Shown: in pieces, positions 1 to 12,448 of the stretch
How positions within the stretch are numbered: position 1 is the first letter of the stretch
Layout of the letters: every line of letters starts with the position of its first letter
Assembly: GCF_027887165.1 (NCBI RefSeq)
Contig: NC_077230.1
Span: 289,078,949-289,142,948 of the forward strand
Direction: 5' to 3'
DNA: 64,000 nucleotides
From: Monodelphis domestica
Lineage: Eukaryota
The notes under the pieces: model-generated
The model's input: only the letters and a program-made list of their open reading frames with translations
What the model was told of the DNA's origin: nothing
The model's database searches: none
Position numbers and translations under genes: made by a program

Positions 1-3000
1 AATCTATTCTTTGGTCGGCCTTGTTTCCTGAGTCCAGCTGACAGTTCACCATAGAATACCTGTCTTGGTATTCGCTGTGGGTCCATGCGGATGACGTGTC
101 CAGACCATCGTAGCTGGGTTTTGAGGACCAGGACTTCGATGCTGGTGGAGTTGGCTCTGTCGAGGACTTCCTGGTTGGTGATTCGGTCCTGCCATCAGAT
201 CCTCATGATTGACCGGAGGGAGCGTTGGTGGAATTGCTCCAGCTGTTTCATGTGCTTCCGGTACAGTGTCCATGTCTCACAGCCGTACAGGAGCGAGCTG
301 AGGACCACTGCGTTGTACACTTTGAGCTTCGTCGCAGTGCTTACACCTCTGTGTTGGAGGACTTTGGAGCGCAGCCGCCCGAGTGCCTGGCTGGCCTTTT
401 GGATCCTGACATTGATCTCGTGGTCTAGGGACCTGTCGTTGGCAATGGTGCTGCCCAGGTACTTGAAAGTGTTGACATTAGAAAGCTGCGTGCCATCAAT
501 TGTAATGCACAGCTGGTTAGTTGGCCTCCCTGGTGCAGGTTGGAACAGCACCTCTGTTTTGCTTAGGCTGATAGTCAGGCCAAACAGTTTTGTTGCGGTG
601 GAGAACCTGTCCACAGTGGTTTGAAGATGATTTTCTTGGTGGGCCATTGTAAAAAATAGACTCGAATACAGGACTACAATCCCCATGAGCCTTTGCTCCA
701 CTTCCCCAGAATGCCTTGTAATCTCATCTGGGCCGAGATCGAGAAGGTATTTAAGTGGATTCAAAGGCTTTTGAGGTCTCGCTCTCTTGGCTCTTTTTGG
801 ACTTCCGTTTGGGAGCAGGCGCGTCTCTTGCATGATGTGAGGTTATTTTGTATAGGCCTCTGGCCTAGGCACATGTTTCTTACTTGTATATTCTTTAATC
901 TTTAGCCTTTAATAAACCTCTAAAAAATATAATACTCCTTGCAGAGAGAAACTAATTTCTACCTGCCTCAGTCTCCCCGTTCCCCCTAAATTTTAATCTT
1001 TATACCATGAGAGCACAGTCATCTGCGAAGAGAGCTTCCAGGATGAGTCTCTCTGTTGTCTTTGTTTTTGCAGTCAGGCGGCGAAGGTCGAATAGTGAGC
1101 CATCCAGTCAGTATTTGATGTAGATGCCCAGGTCTAGATCCATCACAGCATGTCGTAATACTTGTGTGAAGCATAGGTTGAATAGTACCGGAGCGAGGAT
1201 GCAGCCTTGTTTCACGCCATTGGAGATGTTGAAGCGATCAGAAGTCTCTCCACCAGATAGGACTTCCCCTGTCATGTCGACATGAAAGATCTGAATCAGT
1301 TTGACAAATTTTTCTGGGCAACCGAGCTTGCTAAGGATCACCCACAATGTGTCCCTGTTCACTTTGTCGAATGCCTTTGTCAGGTCTATGAAGACAATGT
1401 AGAGACTCAGGTTCAGCTCAAGGCATTTTTCCTGCATTTGCCTCACCATGAAGACCATGTCAATGGTGCTGCAATCTGGTCGGAAGCCACATTGTGATTC
1501 AGGCAGGTTCTGCTCTGAAACAGATGATAGGAGTCTGTTGAGTATAATACAGGTGAGGATCTTTCCAGCAGGGGAGAGTAGTGAGATGCCTCTGTAGTTG
1601 TCACAGGCTGCTCGTGAGCCTTTGTTCTTGTATAGGGCTACGATGGAGGCATCTCTGAGTTCTGGGGGAATGTCTTCCTCTTCCCATATGCTGGTCAGCA
1701 CTATGTGGAATGCCTGGAGCGCCTTTCCATTTAAGGCCTTGTACACCTCGGTTGGGATCCCATCTTTACCGGGTGCCTTGCCTGCACTCATTTGTTTAAT
1801 AGCTTTTTGGACTTCCTCTATTGAAGGAGGGATGTCAAGTTGTTCAGTGGTGCAGTTTTGGGGGATCTGGTCAAGGGCGCTTTGGTCGACTGAAGAGGGT
1901 CAGTTGAGAAGCTGACTGAAGTGTTCTTTCCACCTGTTGCTGATGCCTTTTTTATCTTTTATGAGAGTGTCACCATCAGAGGATAGCAAGGGAGTGGTGG
2001 TGGGTTTTAATGGCCCATAGACAGTCTTGAGGGCACTGAAAAATTGTAATTTTTCGTATCAGCAAAGCACTGGATTTCTTCTGCCCTTTTTTCCCACCAT
2101 TAGTCTTGCGTCTTCCTGATCTCACACTGCGCCGTGGCTTGGAGAGACTTGGATCTGTCCTTTTTAGGAGCAGAATTTGGGTTATTTTGCCACTCCATAA
2201 AGGCTTTGTTCTTTTTGCTCAGTAGATCTTCAATAGCAGTGTTGTTCTCATAGAACCAGTCCTGGTGGTTGCGTTGTTTGGGGCCTAGGACTGCCTTTGA
2301 TGTTTCCTTCACTGTGTCTCTGAACTGGTTCCATTTCTCGGTTGAGCTTCCAGTGAGTGGTCCCTTGGCAGACAGCTTGTCGTCCAGGCAGGACTGGAAT
2401 TTTTGCAAATAAGATGGATCTCTAAGACGACTCACTTTGTAAAATGCGTGAACTGTCTGGGCACATTTTGGATGGCAAGGCGCAATGTGCATTTGAAGAG
2501 TCGCTCTAACCAATCGGTGGTCTGTCCAGCATTCAGCTCCTCTCATGGCTCGGGTGATCTGTACATCCTGGATGTCTCGCCGGCGTACAATGATGTAGTC
2601 AATGAGATGCCACTGTTTTGATCGTGGGTGCATCCACGTTGTTTTATATTTGTTTACCATTCTGAACACAGTGTTCATGCTGGTGAGTTCGAACTCTGAG
2701 CATTTGCTGAGTAGCAGTAGGCCATTGTTGTTCATTTTGCCCACGTTGTGTTTGCCGAGCACTCCTTTCCATCTTTCATGGTCCTGGCCAACACGGGCAT
2801 TGAAGTCTCCCAGTGGTATCAGCTTGTCATTTGTGGGCACTGAGTGCAGGACGGCACTCAGGTCAGAGTAGAACTGCTCGATGGTCTCCTCTGTGCTGGT
2901 CAGTGTTGGGGCATATGCGCTGATGATTGTGGCATACCGGTCTTTGCTGAGAGGTAAACGGATCTTCATGAGCCTCTCACTGATGCCCACAGGCAAGTCT

Positions 3001-3245
3001 GGCAGCTGTTTGAGCAAACTGGTCTTGATAGCCAGGCCAACGCCGTGAATTCTGTCTTCATTTGAGGCTCTACCTTTCCAGAAGACAGTGTATCCAGTGG
3101 TGGTTTTGCTGAGTGATCCCTCTTCTGGTAAGCTTGTTTTGCTTAGGGCTGCAATGTCGATGTTATATCGTGCCAGTTCTTTACTGATTAGAGCTGTTCT
3201 TCTCTCAGGTCTTGGGGAAGACAAAAAACCCACAACTTTTACAGT
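1..3245 (-). mobile_element. Non-LTR retrotransposon fragment, RTE/CR1-like. The apurinic endonuclease domain is the ORF at 2100-3233; the reverse transcriptase domain spans the ORFs at 1108-1791 and 195-833. Frameshifts are present, and the 3' end runs off the window start.
   Basis: Minus-strand ORFs contain endonuclease-type motifs (LIPLGDFNARVG...WTDHRLV) and RT motifs (GFRPDCSTIDMVF, VFIDLTKAFDKVNRDTLW, GVKQGCILAPVLFN). The element is compact, with APE followed directly by RT and no ORF1, as in RTE-type elements. Confidence 0.75.
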
Positions 3246-3608
3246 GTTAATAATGATAATAATAGCAAATATTTATATAGTGCATTAAGGTTTTCAAAAT
3301 GGCTTTACAAATATTATCTCATTTCACATTTTCATTCAAGCACAAAAAATCAGATTTACTCTACCTGACTGAAATTGTGGTCTAAATGAAGATAAACTGA
3401 TATTTTTATGAATATAAATGAAGATAAAATGAAGATAAATTGATAGGAGGTTCAACCCATATCTGCAAAATAATTGAAGATGTAGCTATATGACAGTTAC
3501 CAAATTCCAGAGAGATTTTTGCTAATTTGGAGTCATCATAATGAGTAACTTTCCTTTGAACTTTGGTTTAATGATCATAATGAAATTTGAATTTATCCTA
3601 TGTTCTAG

Positions 3609-3725
3609 GAATTGCTTCGGTCTGATACAGAAACTCCTGTTTTACCACCATATTTATCACCATCTCTTCCTCCTCCGGGAGAACTTTATCCTGTCCAAGT
3701 AAAGCATGTGGTCTCACCTAATGAG
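3609..3725 (+). CDS. RNF17: RNF17-like coding exon at the N-terminal part of the extended Tudor domain. It encodes [39 protein letters not shown], phase 0 in and out.
   Basis: Acceptor tatgttctAG|gaattg at 3607-3608 and donor aatgag|GTacac at 3726-3727. It carries the eTudor signature [13 protein letters not shown] followed by VYICL in the next exon. Synteny with CENPJ is tail-to-tail, as at human 13q12. Confidence 0.65.
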
Positions 3726-4904
3726 GTACACAATTTAAATGTACAGTGGGCAAGTGAACATTGGAATCAGTACAGCAACATGGCAATCATGGCATCACCA
3801 TTCTATAGTTGATTTGTACGGTCTTAGGGGGATAGTGGAAGTTTATAAGGCATTATCATCTCATGAGAACAAACAATGAAGGGAAAACAAAAAACAGTTT
3901 AAAGATACCTAGAGGAGGAACCCAATTTAGCAAGTAATTCTAACAGTATTGAAAGATCACAAAAGAAGAAAGCTTCAGATTATGTTATTACAAACTTTTG
4001 ACCATCAAGGACATTGAGTAGAGGTACCACATTTTGTGGCTATGTCATAGTCCTCCATTTGCTTATAGAAAAGGGGAAATGGCACTGAAGAAAACAAAGA
4101 TGAAAAAACAGATGAACTAGGCCAAATGTATGCTTTCGGGGGCATGATTTTGAGGAAATACCAGTTATGGCTTCGGAGGGGGGAGGAATCACAGATGTTA
4201 TAACCATAAAACAGACTGATAAAGTATCAATCGCTGACTTATATGTCTGATTTCTTATCTGTAGAAAAATTTTTTAAAGTAATCTTCACACATCTTAAGG
4301 TCAATCTTAATGAAGTTATCAGAAAGAAATATTCAAGCTTTCATAAATAGTATCCCATAGCAGACTACATCTTTTATATCACATTGTTGAAAGATGAAAA
4401 AAATACAAAATCTTTTTAAAGACTGTCCTATAACAAAGTATCTCTCAGACATATGTTATTTTTTCCATTTTTAATATTTTTTCCTATTACATGGAAGAAT
4501 TTCTAGATTTTGAAAAAATTTGAGTTCCAGATTCTCTCCCTTCTTTCCTTTCCCCCTCTTTCATTGATAAAGCAAACAGTTTGATATGTTATACTTTCCT
4601 ATAACAATATATATCATATGTTTGCAGTCATGCAAAATATATTTCCATATTAGTCATATTGTAAAAGAAAACACAATCCAAAAAATAAAGCCAAGAAAAA
4701 TAAAGTTTAAAGGTATGCTTTCATCTGCATTCACTCTATTAGTTCTTTCTCTGGCTTTTATCATCATGACTCTTTTGGGATTGTCTTGGATCATCGTATT
4801 GCTAAAAATAGCTAAGTCATTCACGGTCATTCATCGTACAATATTGCTGTTTCTGTGTATGATGTTCTCTTAATTCTGGTCACTTCACTTTACTACTCTG
4901 CATC

Positions 4905-5480
4905 AGTTTGTGTGAGTCCCAATTTTTCTGAAAGCATCTTGCTCATCATTTCTTATAGCACAATAGTATTCCATCACAATAATATGTTATAACTGGTTTA
5001 GCCATTCCCCAACTGATGGGTATCCCCTCAATTTCTAACTTTGCCACTTCCCAAAGAGCTGCTATAAAATTTGTGTATATAGAGATGATTTTCCTTTCCT
5101 TTTTTTTATTTCTTTGTGTTACAGACCTAGTAATGGTATTGTTGGTCAGAGGACATGCAATTTTATAGCCCTTTGGGTATAGTTCCAAATTGTCTTCCAG
5201 AATGGTCAGATCCATTCGCAATTCCACCAAAAATTCATTTATCAACACCCAATTTATCAACACCTCCTCCCAATATTTATTTTTCATTTTCTATCATATT
5301 ATCCAGTCTAATAGGTGTGAGGTGGTATCTCAGTGTTGTTTTAATTTCTCATGTATATGTTAAAATAAAATCCTTGAACAATGTAACAAGAGGAACTCCT
5401 TGTACAACTCTAGAATCATTAGCCTTAGTTGATAGAGTGAACTGGACTCAGTTCACTGGACTCAGAATACAAGTTTATTA
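4905..5480 (-). mobile_element. L1 (LINE-1) fragment from the ORF2 C-terminus / 3' region.
   Basis: The minus ORF at 4946-5287 has the L1 ORF2 tail motif (YYCDGILLCYKK / ...WGMAKP...). An RT-like fragment (VYLDFSKAFDKV) lies nearby on + at about 5700-5800. Confidence 0.55.
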
Positions 5481-6483
5481 ATTCAAATCCTGCCTCTAAC
5501 CAAAACCACCATATTAAGACTGCTCTTTCACTGTCAATCCCTTGCTTAGTCTGCTGCACCTTAATCCTGGTTGCCTCCCTAGGAAAAGGGAGACTCTCTT
5601 GTTCTTGTTTTTGTTGAACCTAGCACTTGGCAGCATGACTGACACAGAGTACTCCATAAATGCACCACTTTTTTTTTCCTTTTTGGAAATAGTTGCTGGC
5701 TGATTAGTTAATGAGAATCCTATAGATATAGTTTACCTAGACTTTAGCAAAGCATTTGACAAAGTCTCCATGATCTTATTCATGTTATTCTTAGGGAAAA
5801 GTGAGCCAGAAAATAGTAATTGCTTGGACTCAAAACTGATTAAATTGGCTGTCCAAAGAGCAAGTTACTAATAGTTCAACGTCAGCTTCAATTTGGAAGG
5901 AAGGCTCTAGTGAACGACTTGAAGCATCTGTGCGTGGATCTGACTTGTTTAACAATTCTATCATTGATTTGAACAAAAGCATAGATAGACTGTCTTGTGG
6001 CTGGAAGAATTAGACTTGTTCTGGCTGGCCCCAGAGTGCAGAATTAGATACAGTCTTTGAACATTGGAAAGAGACACATTTCGGTTTTCTGTAAGGAAAC
6101 TTTTACTAACACCCCAAACCATCCCAATGAACGTTTTATCTTTCACTGATGATTTTCAAGCAAAAACCGAAAATATACCGTGGATGAGATTCTGGTTCAG
6201 ATCTTGATTAAACTAGATGGTTCCTGAGATCTAAAATGCTTTTGAAATCTTTCCAAGGAAGAATGTGTCCAAAAAAAGAGAAGGTAAAAGAAAAGACTGC
6301 TGAGGAACATCTGGCATTAAAAGTTTAGAAATAGATGAGTCACCAGAGCAGAAGTACCAAGGAATATCCTAATTCATAATTATTACTGATTCTTGTGTAT
6401 TCTTTTGCCCATTGTAAAATGAATATTCCAAAAATAACAACATGAAAGAATAGATATTACCATTTTTTTTTCTTTTGGGCTAG

Positions 6484-6643
6484 GTGTATATATGCCTTGA
6501 TCTAATAGAAAACTTCAACCATCAAAATGAGACAACTGATAATGGAGTCACCTGGGAGTCTGAACCAAAGAGCCTGGATGAAGTATTACAGCGTTGTAAT
6601 CAGAATGTGGATTCTCTCCCTTCATTGACAGATTTCAGATCAG
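6484..6643 (+). CDS. RNF17: RNF17-like coding exon encoding VYICLDLIENFNHQNETTDNGVTWESEPKSLDEVLQRCNQNVDSLPSLTDFRS, ending with 1 hanging nucleotide.
   Basis: Acceptor ttgggctAG|gtgtat at 6482-6483 and donor atcag|GTatttt at 6644-6645. It joins the previous exon in frame (…SPNE|VYICL…), matching the eTudor pattern v.v.hv.sP..fy.q......l..l. Confidence 0.65.
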
Positions 6644-6685
6644 GTATTTTTTGTTATTCTTTCAAATATAGAAACATTTCATTAT

Positions 6686-6887
6686 ATTTTTTAAAACCCT
6701 CAGTTTCCATCTTAGACTCAATATTGTGTATTGGTTCCAAGGCAGAAGAGTAGTAAGAACTAGGCCATGGGGGTTACATGATTTGCTCACAGTCACACAG
6801 CTGAGATGTGTCTGAGGGCAGATTTGAACTTAGGACCTCTCATCTCTAGGCCTGGATCTCAATCCACTGAGCCACCCAGATGCCCCC
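6686..6887 (-). mobile_element. Marsupial tRNA-derived CORE-SINE (MAR1/SINE1-like), full length.
   Basis: Its reverse complement matches GGGGCATCTGGGTGGCTCAGTGGATTGAGATCCAGGCCTAGAG...GTGTGACTGTGAGCAAATCATGTAACCCCC...CCTTGGAACCAATACACAATATTGAGTCTAAG. It begins 43 bp after the exon donor. Confidence 0.85.
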
Positions 6888-6916
6888 TATATTTTTATTC
6901 TTTTTTTTTTTAAATA

Positions 6917-7023
6917 TTCCTTACCTTCTGTCTTGGAGTCAATACTGTGTATTGGCTCCAAGGCAGAAGAGTGGTAAGGGCTAGGCAATGGGGGTTAAGT
7001 GACTTGCCCAGGGTCACACAGCT
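6917..7023 (-). mobile_element. Marsupial CORE-SINE, tail half only.
   Basis: ccttaccttctgtcttggagtcaatactgtgtattggctccaaggcagaagagtggtaagggctaggcaatgggggttaagtgacttgcccagggtcacacagct. Confidence 0.8.
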
Positions 7024-10013
7024 ATATTTTTATTCTTAATGAAAAGTTTTAAAATAATTTGGGGGAGCTTTAGTTAAATGTTTTGAAAAAAATAAAAATA
7101 ATTTCTTTAAATCATGAATTTTGTCACTTTCTTTGAATGTCTGCTATTTTCATAGTAGAAGAAATATTGTATATTTTTGCCTTTGAATAAGATATTATTA
7201 TTGATGCCTTTTGTTTTTTATACTATGGTGTTTTCCTGATGTGCTTCATTCTCATGGAGCATTCCCTTTTTTAAAAAATGAAAGCTAATTGACATGGGAT
7301 ATTCTGTACTTACTGTCTCCCAACTCTCTTACAGGAAAAAGGGAAGAATATTTTATATCATCTGTTCTCCAGGAACTATATTGATGATTGTGTTTAATCT
7401 TGAGCTCATTTTCTGGTGTTTTTATTTTCATTCATATAATTTTAAATGTTGATATGTTCACAAAATAATAGCTAACTTTTATAGGACTTAAAGTTTTGCA
7501 AAGCACTTTATCATGAACAATACATCTGGGTTGCTTATTGTAGTTGTTTTTCATTGAACTTCCTTTTTGCTTTGATGAAGAGCCACACGTGGTAAACAGA
7601 ATTGATGTCCACTCTTTCTTATACAGATTAAAAGAAACCACTCTTAAGGAAGGAAAGGTACATCCAGTGTTAGAATTGGTCATGTCTATCATTGATCTAA
7701 TTTTATTTCCTTTTGCATTATTTCAACTTGCATTTCACTAAACCCTGGAACATGAAAACAGAAAATGACATCTCTCAGTGGATGGGCATATGAAATAATG
7801 ATAGACTTATTAAATGCAACCTTTAATATTTCAGTGCTTCAAAGATTTGTAATTTCTCAGATAAGGGTGCTTCTTCCACAAACTCTTATTGCAACCTCTC
7901 TACAACTTACTAGTCTTTGAGACCTGTTTTTGTTACATCCTTCCCCCGTCCCCCAATTGAATCACCCTTAGGCCAACTTAATGAGTCTCTGAAGTTTGCT
8001 AGACTGGTCCTCAGTAATCGGATTTACATCGGCCATTTCTGAGCTTCTAACAATAAAGTCCTTCTCCGATGCTTCACTATAAGATGGCAGTAACACTGGG
8101 CTCAAGTATAAATCTGATGATGATTAGAAGAAATATCTGTTAATAATTCTAGAATTCCTAAGTATAATAAATTTGTTACTCTAAGTAGGACTAAATTTAA
8201 ACTATCTAATTCAAAGATAACTCTCTCAAGAATAAATTCACTGGATAAAGTCTTAGAATCTCTCTTAGCAACCCATTTCTACAATACATCCAATTACATT
8301 TCAAGGCAGCCTAATACCATGAGAGTAGTGGAAAGGAAGGTTATTCTGTGTTTAAGTTAACTAAAAGAAATATAGGCTTTAGGGGAAAGAATATTGCTGA
8401 GTGATGATAAAGTTCACTTTCTCCTGTTCAGATCCTTGATGTCATTTGTGGAACTCTTCCCTTAAATGTTTAATACCTACCTGAGTTTTCCCCACCCCTT
8501 TGTTCCCTTCAAACACTCTGATTTGAACCACACATAGGAGGTGGTCATGCTTTATATATACACACCATGTAGCCTTCATCTGTACCTCAAAACAAGTAAA
8601 ACATGTTCCAGAATTCTTAGTTTGGCTCTAAAAACTGGTGTTTATAGTTGGAAAAGCACATTATGTACATCATCTTATTTGAACCTTACTACTATGAAGT
8701 GAGTACTCCAATACATCTGATAGTTCATTGTTTCAGGAGTTCTTTTCAGTGAAAGATCCCAGCCTAGATCTTGTCTGCCTTTTGTCTATATCCTCCCTTT
8801 AGCTCCCCAAATAGAATCTAGCCAGTGTTAGGAGCTTTCCACCTACTCTTAAATACTGAAGAGGTGCTGGTCATCTCATCTTCATCTAAGGAAGAATAAA
8901 TGGGGTTCAAAGAGGCCAAGTTATCTCTATGGTTAGAAAGTTCTATCCAGTGGAACTTGAAGTCAAGTCTTGCTTCCCTTAGGTCCATTATTCTAGGTAC
9001 ATGTAGCATGTTAATAAAAAAAGAGTCATATTTAAATGAAGAAGCTGCATTTTAAGTTGAAGATTAGATGGAAGCCATATTTCTATTCAGTTACTATGGA
9101 GGAATGAAACTTGCTAAGTGAATGGGCTGGAGTTAGATCCAGTATGTGATTTTCCCAACAAGTTCTTTAAATGAATTAATTGTTACACAAAATACTTATT
9201 TTAATAATGAAATGTGGCATTAGGAAAATTTTTTGGCATAAACTTGAGAAATTAAAATTGTAAATTATGTAATGAAAAATTGGGAGTATGACTGTAGTAA
9301 AACATGGAACTGTTAAATATTGATGAGAAAGATCTTCAGTATTTCAAGGCTCTATGATTTATACAGTATCTGTGATTTAGTTTGGGTGCTCCTTCCCCTG
9401 ATACTATTTGTATTAGTCTTAGAGTATCTGCCTCAAGAATTAATCAACTTGTAGCCAGCCTGGAAATTAATTATCCCTGAATATAGTTAGACCAGTCCTC
9501 AAATAAAGTGACACATAGTTTTGGCTTGTCCCATTCTCAGATTCTATCCAATTTGGAAGGACCCAGTAGAGCTTATGCTCTGCTTTAAGCCAAGGCAACA
9601 CAGTCCTGTTTTGATGGAAGAGAATGTGTAACTGGTTATAAAGCTGCCAGGCAAATAAAACCTAAAGCAGCCAGCCCTCAGTGCTCCATTCTCCAGAGAA
9701 ACTGGAAGGATAAGGCTATGTGGATTGAGGAGATATCTGTCCTGTATGTGGGGGAGGAAAGGTAACTGCTGCTTACATAAAATAGAAAGCATGGAAATAG
9801 GAAAACTGCTCATGGGGTGCTGGTCTGCCTGGCTGGCTTATAATGAGTGCTATGTAAATGTTAGCTACTATATAATTATTGTTGTTGTGATTTACATAGT
9901 TTTTCATCTAGACCTAAGTAAACATTCACTGTTCAAACTTAAAAAGGGCATTGAGAAAGAAGCAGTTCATTTTGGAACTGACAGGTAATCAGGACTAATA
10001 TTTTAAAATGTAA

Positions 10014-10214
10014 GGGGAAGCTGGGTAGCTCAGTGGATTAAGAACCACCCTAGAGACAGGAGGTGCTAGGTTCAAGTGTGATCTCAGACATTTCCTAGCT
10101 GTGCCACCTTGAGCAAGTCACTTGACCCCCATTGCCTAGCCCTTACCACTCTTCTGCCTTGGAACCAATACAGAGTATTGATACTAAGACAGAAGGTCAG
10201 GGTTTAAAAAAAAT
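10014..10214 (+). mobile_element. Marsupial CORE-SINE (MAR1/SINE1-like).
   Basis: GGGGAAGCTGGGTAGCTCAGTGGATTAAGAACCACCCTAGAGACAGGAGGTGCTAGGTTCAAG...CAAGTCACTTGACCCCCATTGCCTAGCCCTTACCACTCTTCTGCCTTGGAACCAATACAGAGTATTGATACTAAGACAGAAGG plus an A-tail. It ends about 70 bp before the next exon acceptor. Confidence 0.85.
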
Positions 10215-10285
10215 GTAGGAGCCTTTCATACTTGTTAAGTAGTGAAAATGTTAGTTTTATATTATAATTTCCCTTTTCTTTCTAG

Positions 10286-10421
10286 AAATGCCTTGTCTTG
10301 CAGAATATAATGATGGTTTATGGTATCGAGCAAAAATTCTTTCCATTAAAGAATTTGATCCCCTTGCTATCCTGGTACAATTTGTTGACTACGGATCAAC
10401 TGAAAAATTGCCAACAAGCAG
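10286..10421 (+). CDS. RNF17: RNF17-like Tudor core exon encoding (E)[44 protein letters not shown] plus 2 hanging nucleotides.
   Basis: Acceptor tttctttctAG|aaatgcc at 10284-10285 and donor caagcag|GTgaat at 10422-10423. It carries the canonical Tudor motif C.AEY..DG.WYRA.I......V.FVDYG. It is frame-compatible only with the 6484-6643 exon (hanging g + aa = E). Confidence 0.75.
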
Positions 10422-10576
10422 GTGAATTCAATATAATTATGTGCAGCAATAATTTAAGTATGCTATTTTCTTTCCTTTCTCCAAGAATGTCTTTTGAGTT
10501 AAGCATTCTTTTCAGTTTTTAAAAACTATTAAATTGCTACATGCTGTTATGTTTTAATAAGCTTCTTCTGTTTCAG

Positions 10577-10766
10577 ATTGCGTCAAATTCCAATCCACCT
10601 TATGAAATATCCTGCTCGGGCTGTAAAAGTCCTTTTGGCTGGATTTAAACCTCCATTAAAAGATTCAGAAAAGACAAGAATTCCATATTGCCCCAAGTGG
10701 AGTATGGAAGCCATGTGGGCTATGATAGACTGTCTTCAAGGAAAACAGCTTTATGCTTCCTCATTG
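10577..10766 (+). CDS. RNF17: RNF17-like exon, the SN-like C-terminal part of the eTudor domain. It encodes [64 protein letters not shown].
   Basis: Acceptor ttctgtttcAG|attgcg at 10575-10576 and donor tcattg|GTaaat at 10767-10768. It enters with the 2 hanging nucleotides of the previous exon and leaves in phase 0. Confidence 0.75.
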
Positions 10767-11762
10767 GTAAATTTTTATTCTAAATAGCAGGAGTACATAG
10801 TGTTCAGAAGTCTAATGCTAATTTTTCATCACTGAATAATATCTCAGTTGCCTATTCATAATTATATAGTACAGAGGTTATCCTACTCCTCTGACTTTGA
10901 ACTAGATTTAAATGTAACTGGGAAATATTTAGCAAAATAAATAAAAATACAATACAACATAATGTTCTTTTCTGGCTTTCTGAGTTAATATGCAGGCCAT
11001 GGGGATCCTACTGAATTTGACACAATTGATGTAGCACATAAAGGTATATTGGATTGATATAGAAACTTAATTTTAAGGTGTATTAGAAATCATGTAATAC
11101 TTAAAAATGAATTCCAATATTGTTTAGTTATTCAGCTTGGAATTCATTTTTAAGTATTACAGTCTGCATTCATTTTGAATTTTTGTTAAGAGCAGAAACT
11201 ATCAGAAACCCCAAATAATGCAAATAATCTGAATGCTTTGTTAAAGTAAATGCCCATAATTCCTTTGCAACATAAAATTTAGTAGATATGGCAAGAGAAA
11301 ATGGGTTTATTTCAAACCTGATATTGTTATATACAGCAAGTGTTTGTTTCAACTATGTATTTGAAAGTTATGATTATGATGAGAACATTATAATGTTCTT
11401 TGTAGTACATAATAGCCATATTAAAAGACAGACCTCTCCTAAGATAATTTAAATCAGGTTTTTCTGGATAGAAATACATCTGAATACATTTATACATGTA
11501 CATTGATATATGTAGGTATATATTCAGAAGAATATATCTATATACTCAAACATATATAGAGATGATCATATAAGGTAGCATTTGTAATATGCATATAGAA
11601 TGTTGATATCAGAAGTTTATGATCGTAAGCTTGAGCGTTTAGAGAATCGAAGTTGGTAGAATGGGTTCTCGGGGCTGTTGTACATATAGGGAATAGCTTA
11701 GAGTAGAATAAAGTGGTAGGAAGAGAATTGAACTTATTTGACAAACTATACTTTTGTTCTAG

Positions 11763-11861
11763 ACTCAGTCACCGGAATATATAGTGACTTTATATGAAGA
11801 TGAACAATATCCAGTTCATATGTCATTGATTGAAATGGGACTTGCAGATTTAGATGAATGA
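11763..11861 (+). CDS. RNF17: RNF17-like terminal coding exon encoding [32 protein letters not shown], with the TGA stop at 11859-11861.
   Basis: Acceptor ttttgttctAG|actcag at 11761-11762. It enters in frame from the previous exon. A GTAAGT donor consensus follows at 11863-11868, so the 3' UTR may be spliced. Confidence 0.7.
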   Translation, partial: TQSPEYIVTLYEDEQYPVHMSLIEMGLADLDE

Positions 11862-12290
11862 TGTAAGTATGCATAATGCTTGAGCACAACTTAGGATTAG
11901 TAACAGACATCAATGCCATATGGATAAGTGAGCTAAGTAAAAAACAAGCAAAAACCCTCCCCTAAATGAGGCATGCTCCAGCTCTTGGACCTCTTTCCTG
12001 GAATCTTCCCTTTATCTTGTAAAAGGTACCAAAGAGTTCTAGATACCTTTTCTTAGACTATTTCCAACCATTACAGAACCAACAGAGGCATGGACCAATA
12101 GCTTTCAGCTGCTATTTCAGGCAGTTTCTATGCCTACACAAAGACTTAATTAGAATCATACCGGTAATGATATAGGAGAAATTTTAGTTAGACTAGATTA
12201 TATATGTATACGTGAAGATATGAAAATATATTATATCCATGTAGGTAATAAGCTTGTCCAGTTGCATTTTTGTATAAATTAAGAATATTA

Positions 12291-12448
12291 GATCAAATCT
12301 GGCCTCAGCCTTCCTGTGTGACCCTGGGCAAGTCACTTAACCCACCCACCCACCCCCATTGCCTAGCCCTTACCTGTCTTACATTATTCTGTCAATACAC
12401 AATACTGTGTATTGATTTCAAGGCAGAAGGTAAGAGTTTTTTAAAAAA
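12291..12448 (+). mobile_element. Marsupial CORE-SINE, 5'-truncated.
   Basis: ATCTGGCCTCAGCCTTCCTGTGTGACCCTGGGCAAGTCACTTAACC...CCATTGCCTAGCCCTTACC...ACTGTGTATTGATTTCAAGGCAGAAGG. Confidence 0.8.

Noticed and set aside
85-624. 179-aa + strand ORF (and 225-428) overlapping the LINE.
   Set aside because: It is antisense to a clearly coding LINE RT ORF and has no start context or family resemblance, so it is a typical shadow ORF.
7581-7657. Exon-like segment with acceptor gatgaAG| and donor |GTACAT encoding EPHVVNRIDVHSFLYRLKETTLKEGK, in the same frame as the + ORF at 7544-7741.
   Set aside because: Its exit phase (0) is incompatible with the Tudor-core exon at 10286, which needs 1 nt supplied by the upstream exon. 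The direct join 6643 to 10286 gives a clean eTudor sequence (…DFRS|EMPCLAEY…). The acceptor polypyrimidine tract is weak and the sequence does not look Tudor-like. It could at most be a rare cassette exon.
9908-9978. Exon-like segment with acceptor tttttcatctAG| and donor gacag|GTAATC encoding (D)LSKHSLFKLKKGIEKEAVHFGTD.
   Set aside because: It accepts the phase from exon 6484-6643 but leaves 2 hanging nt, which breaks the frame into the Tudor-core exon (a stop follows immediately). It has no protein-family signal and is probably a chance pair of splice-like sites.
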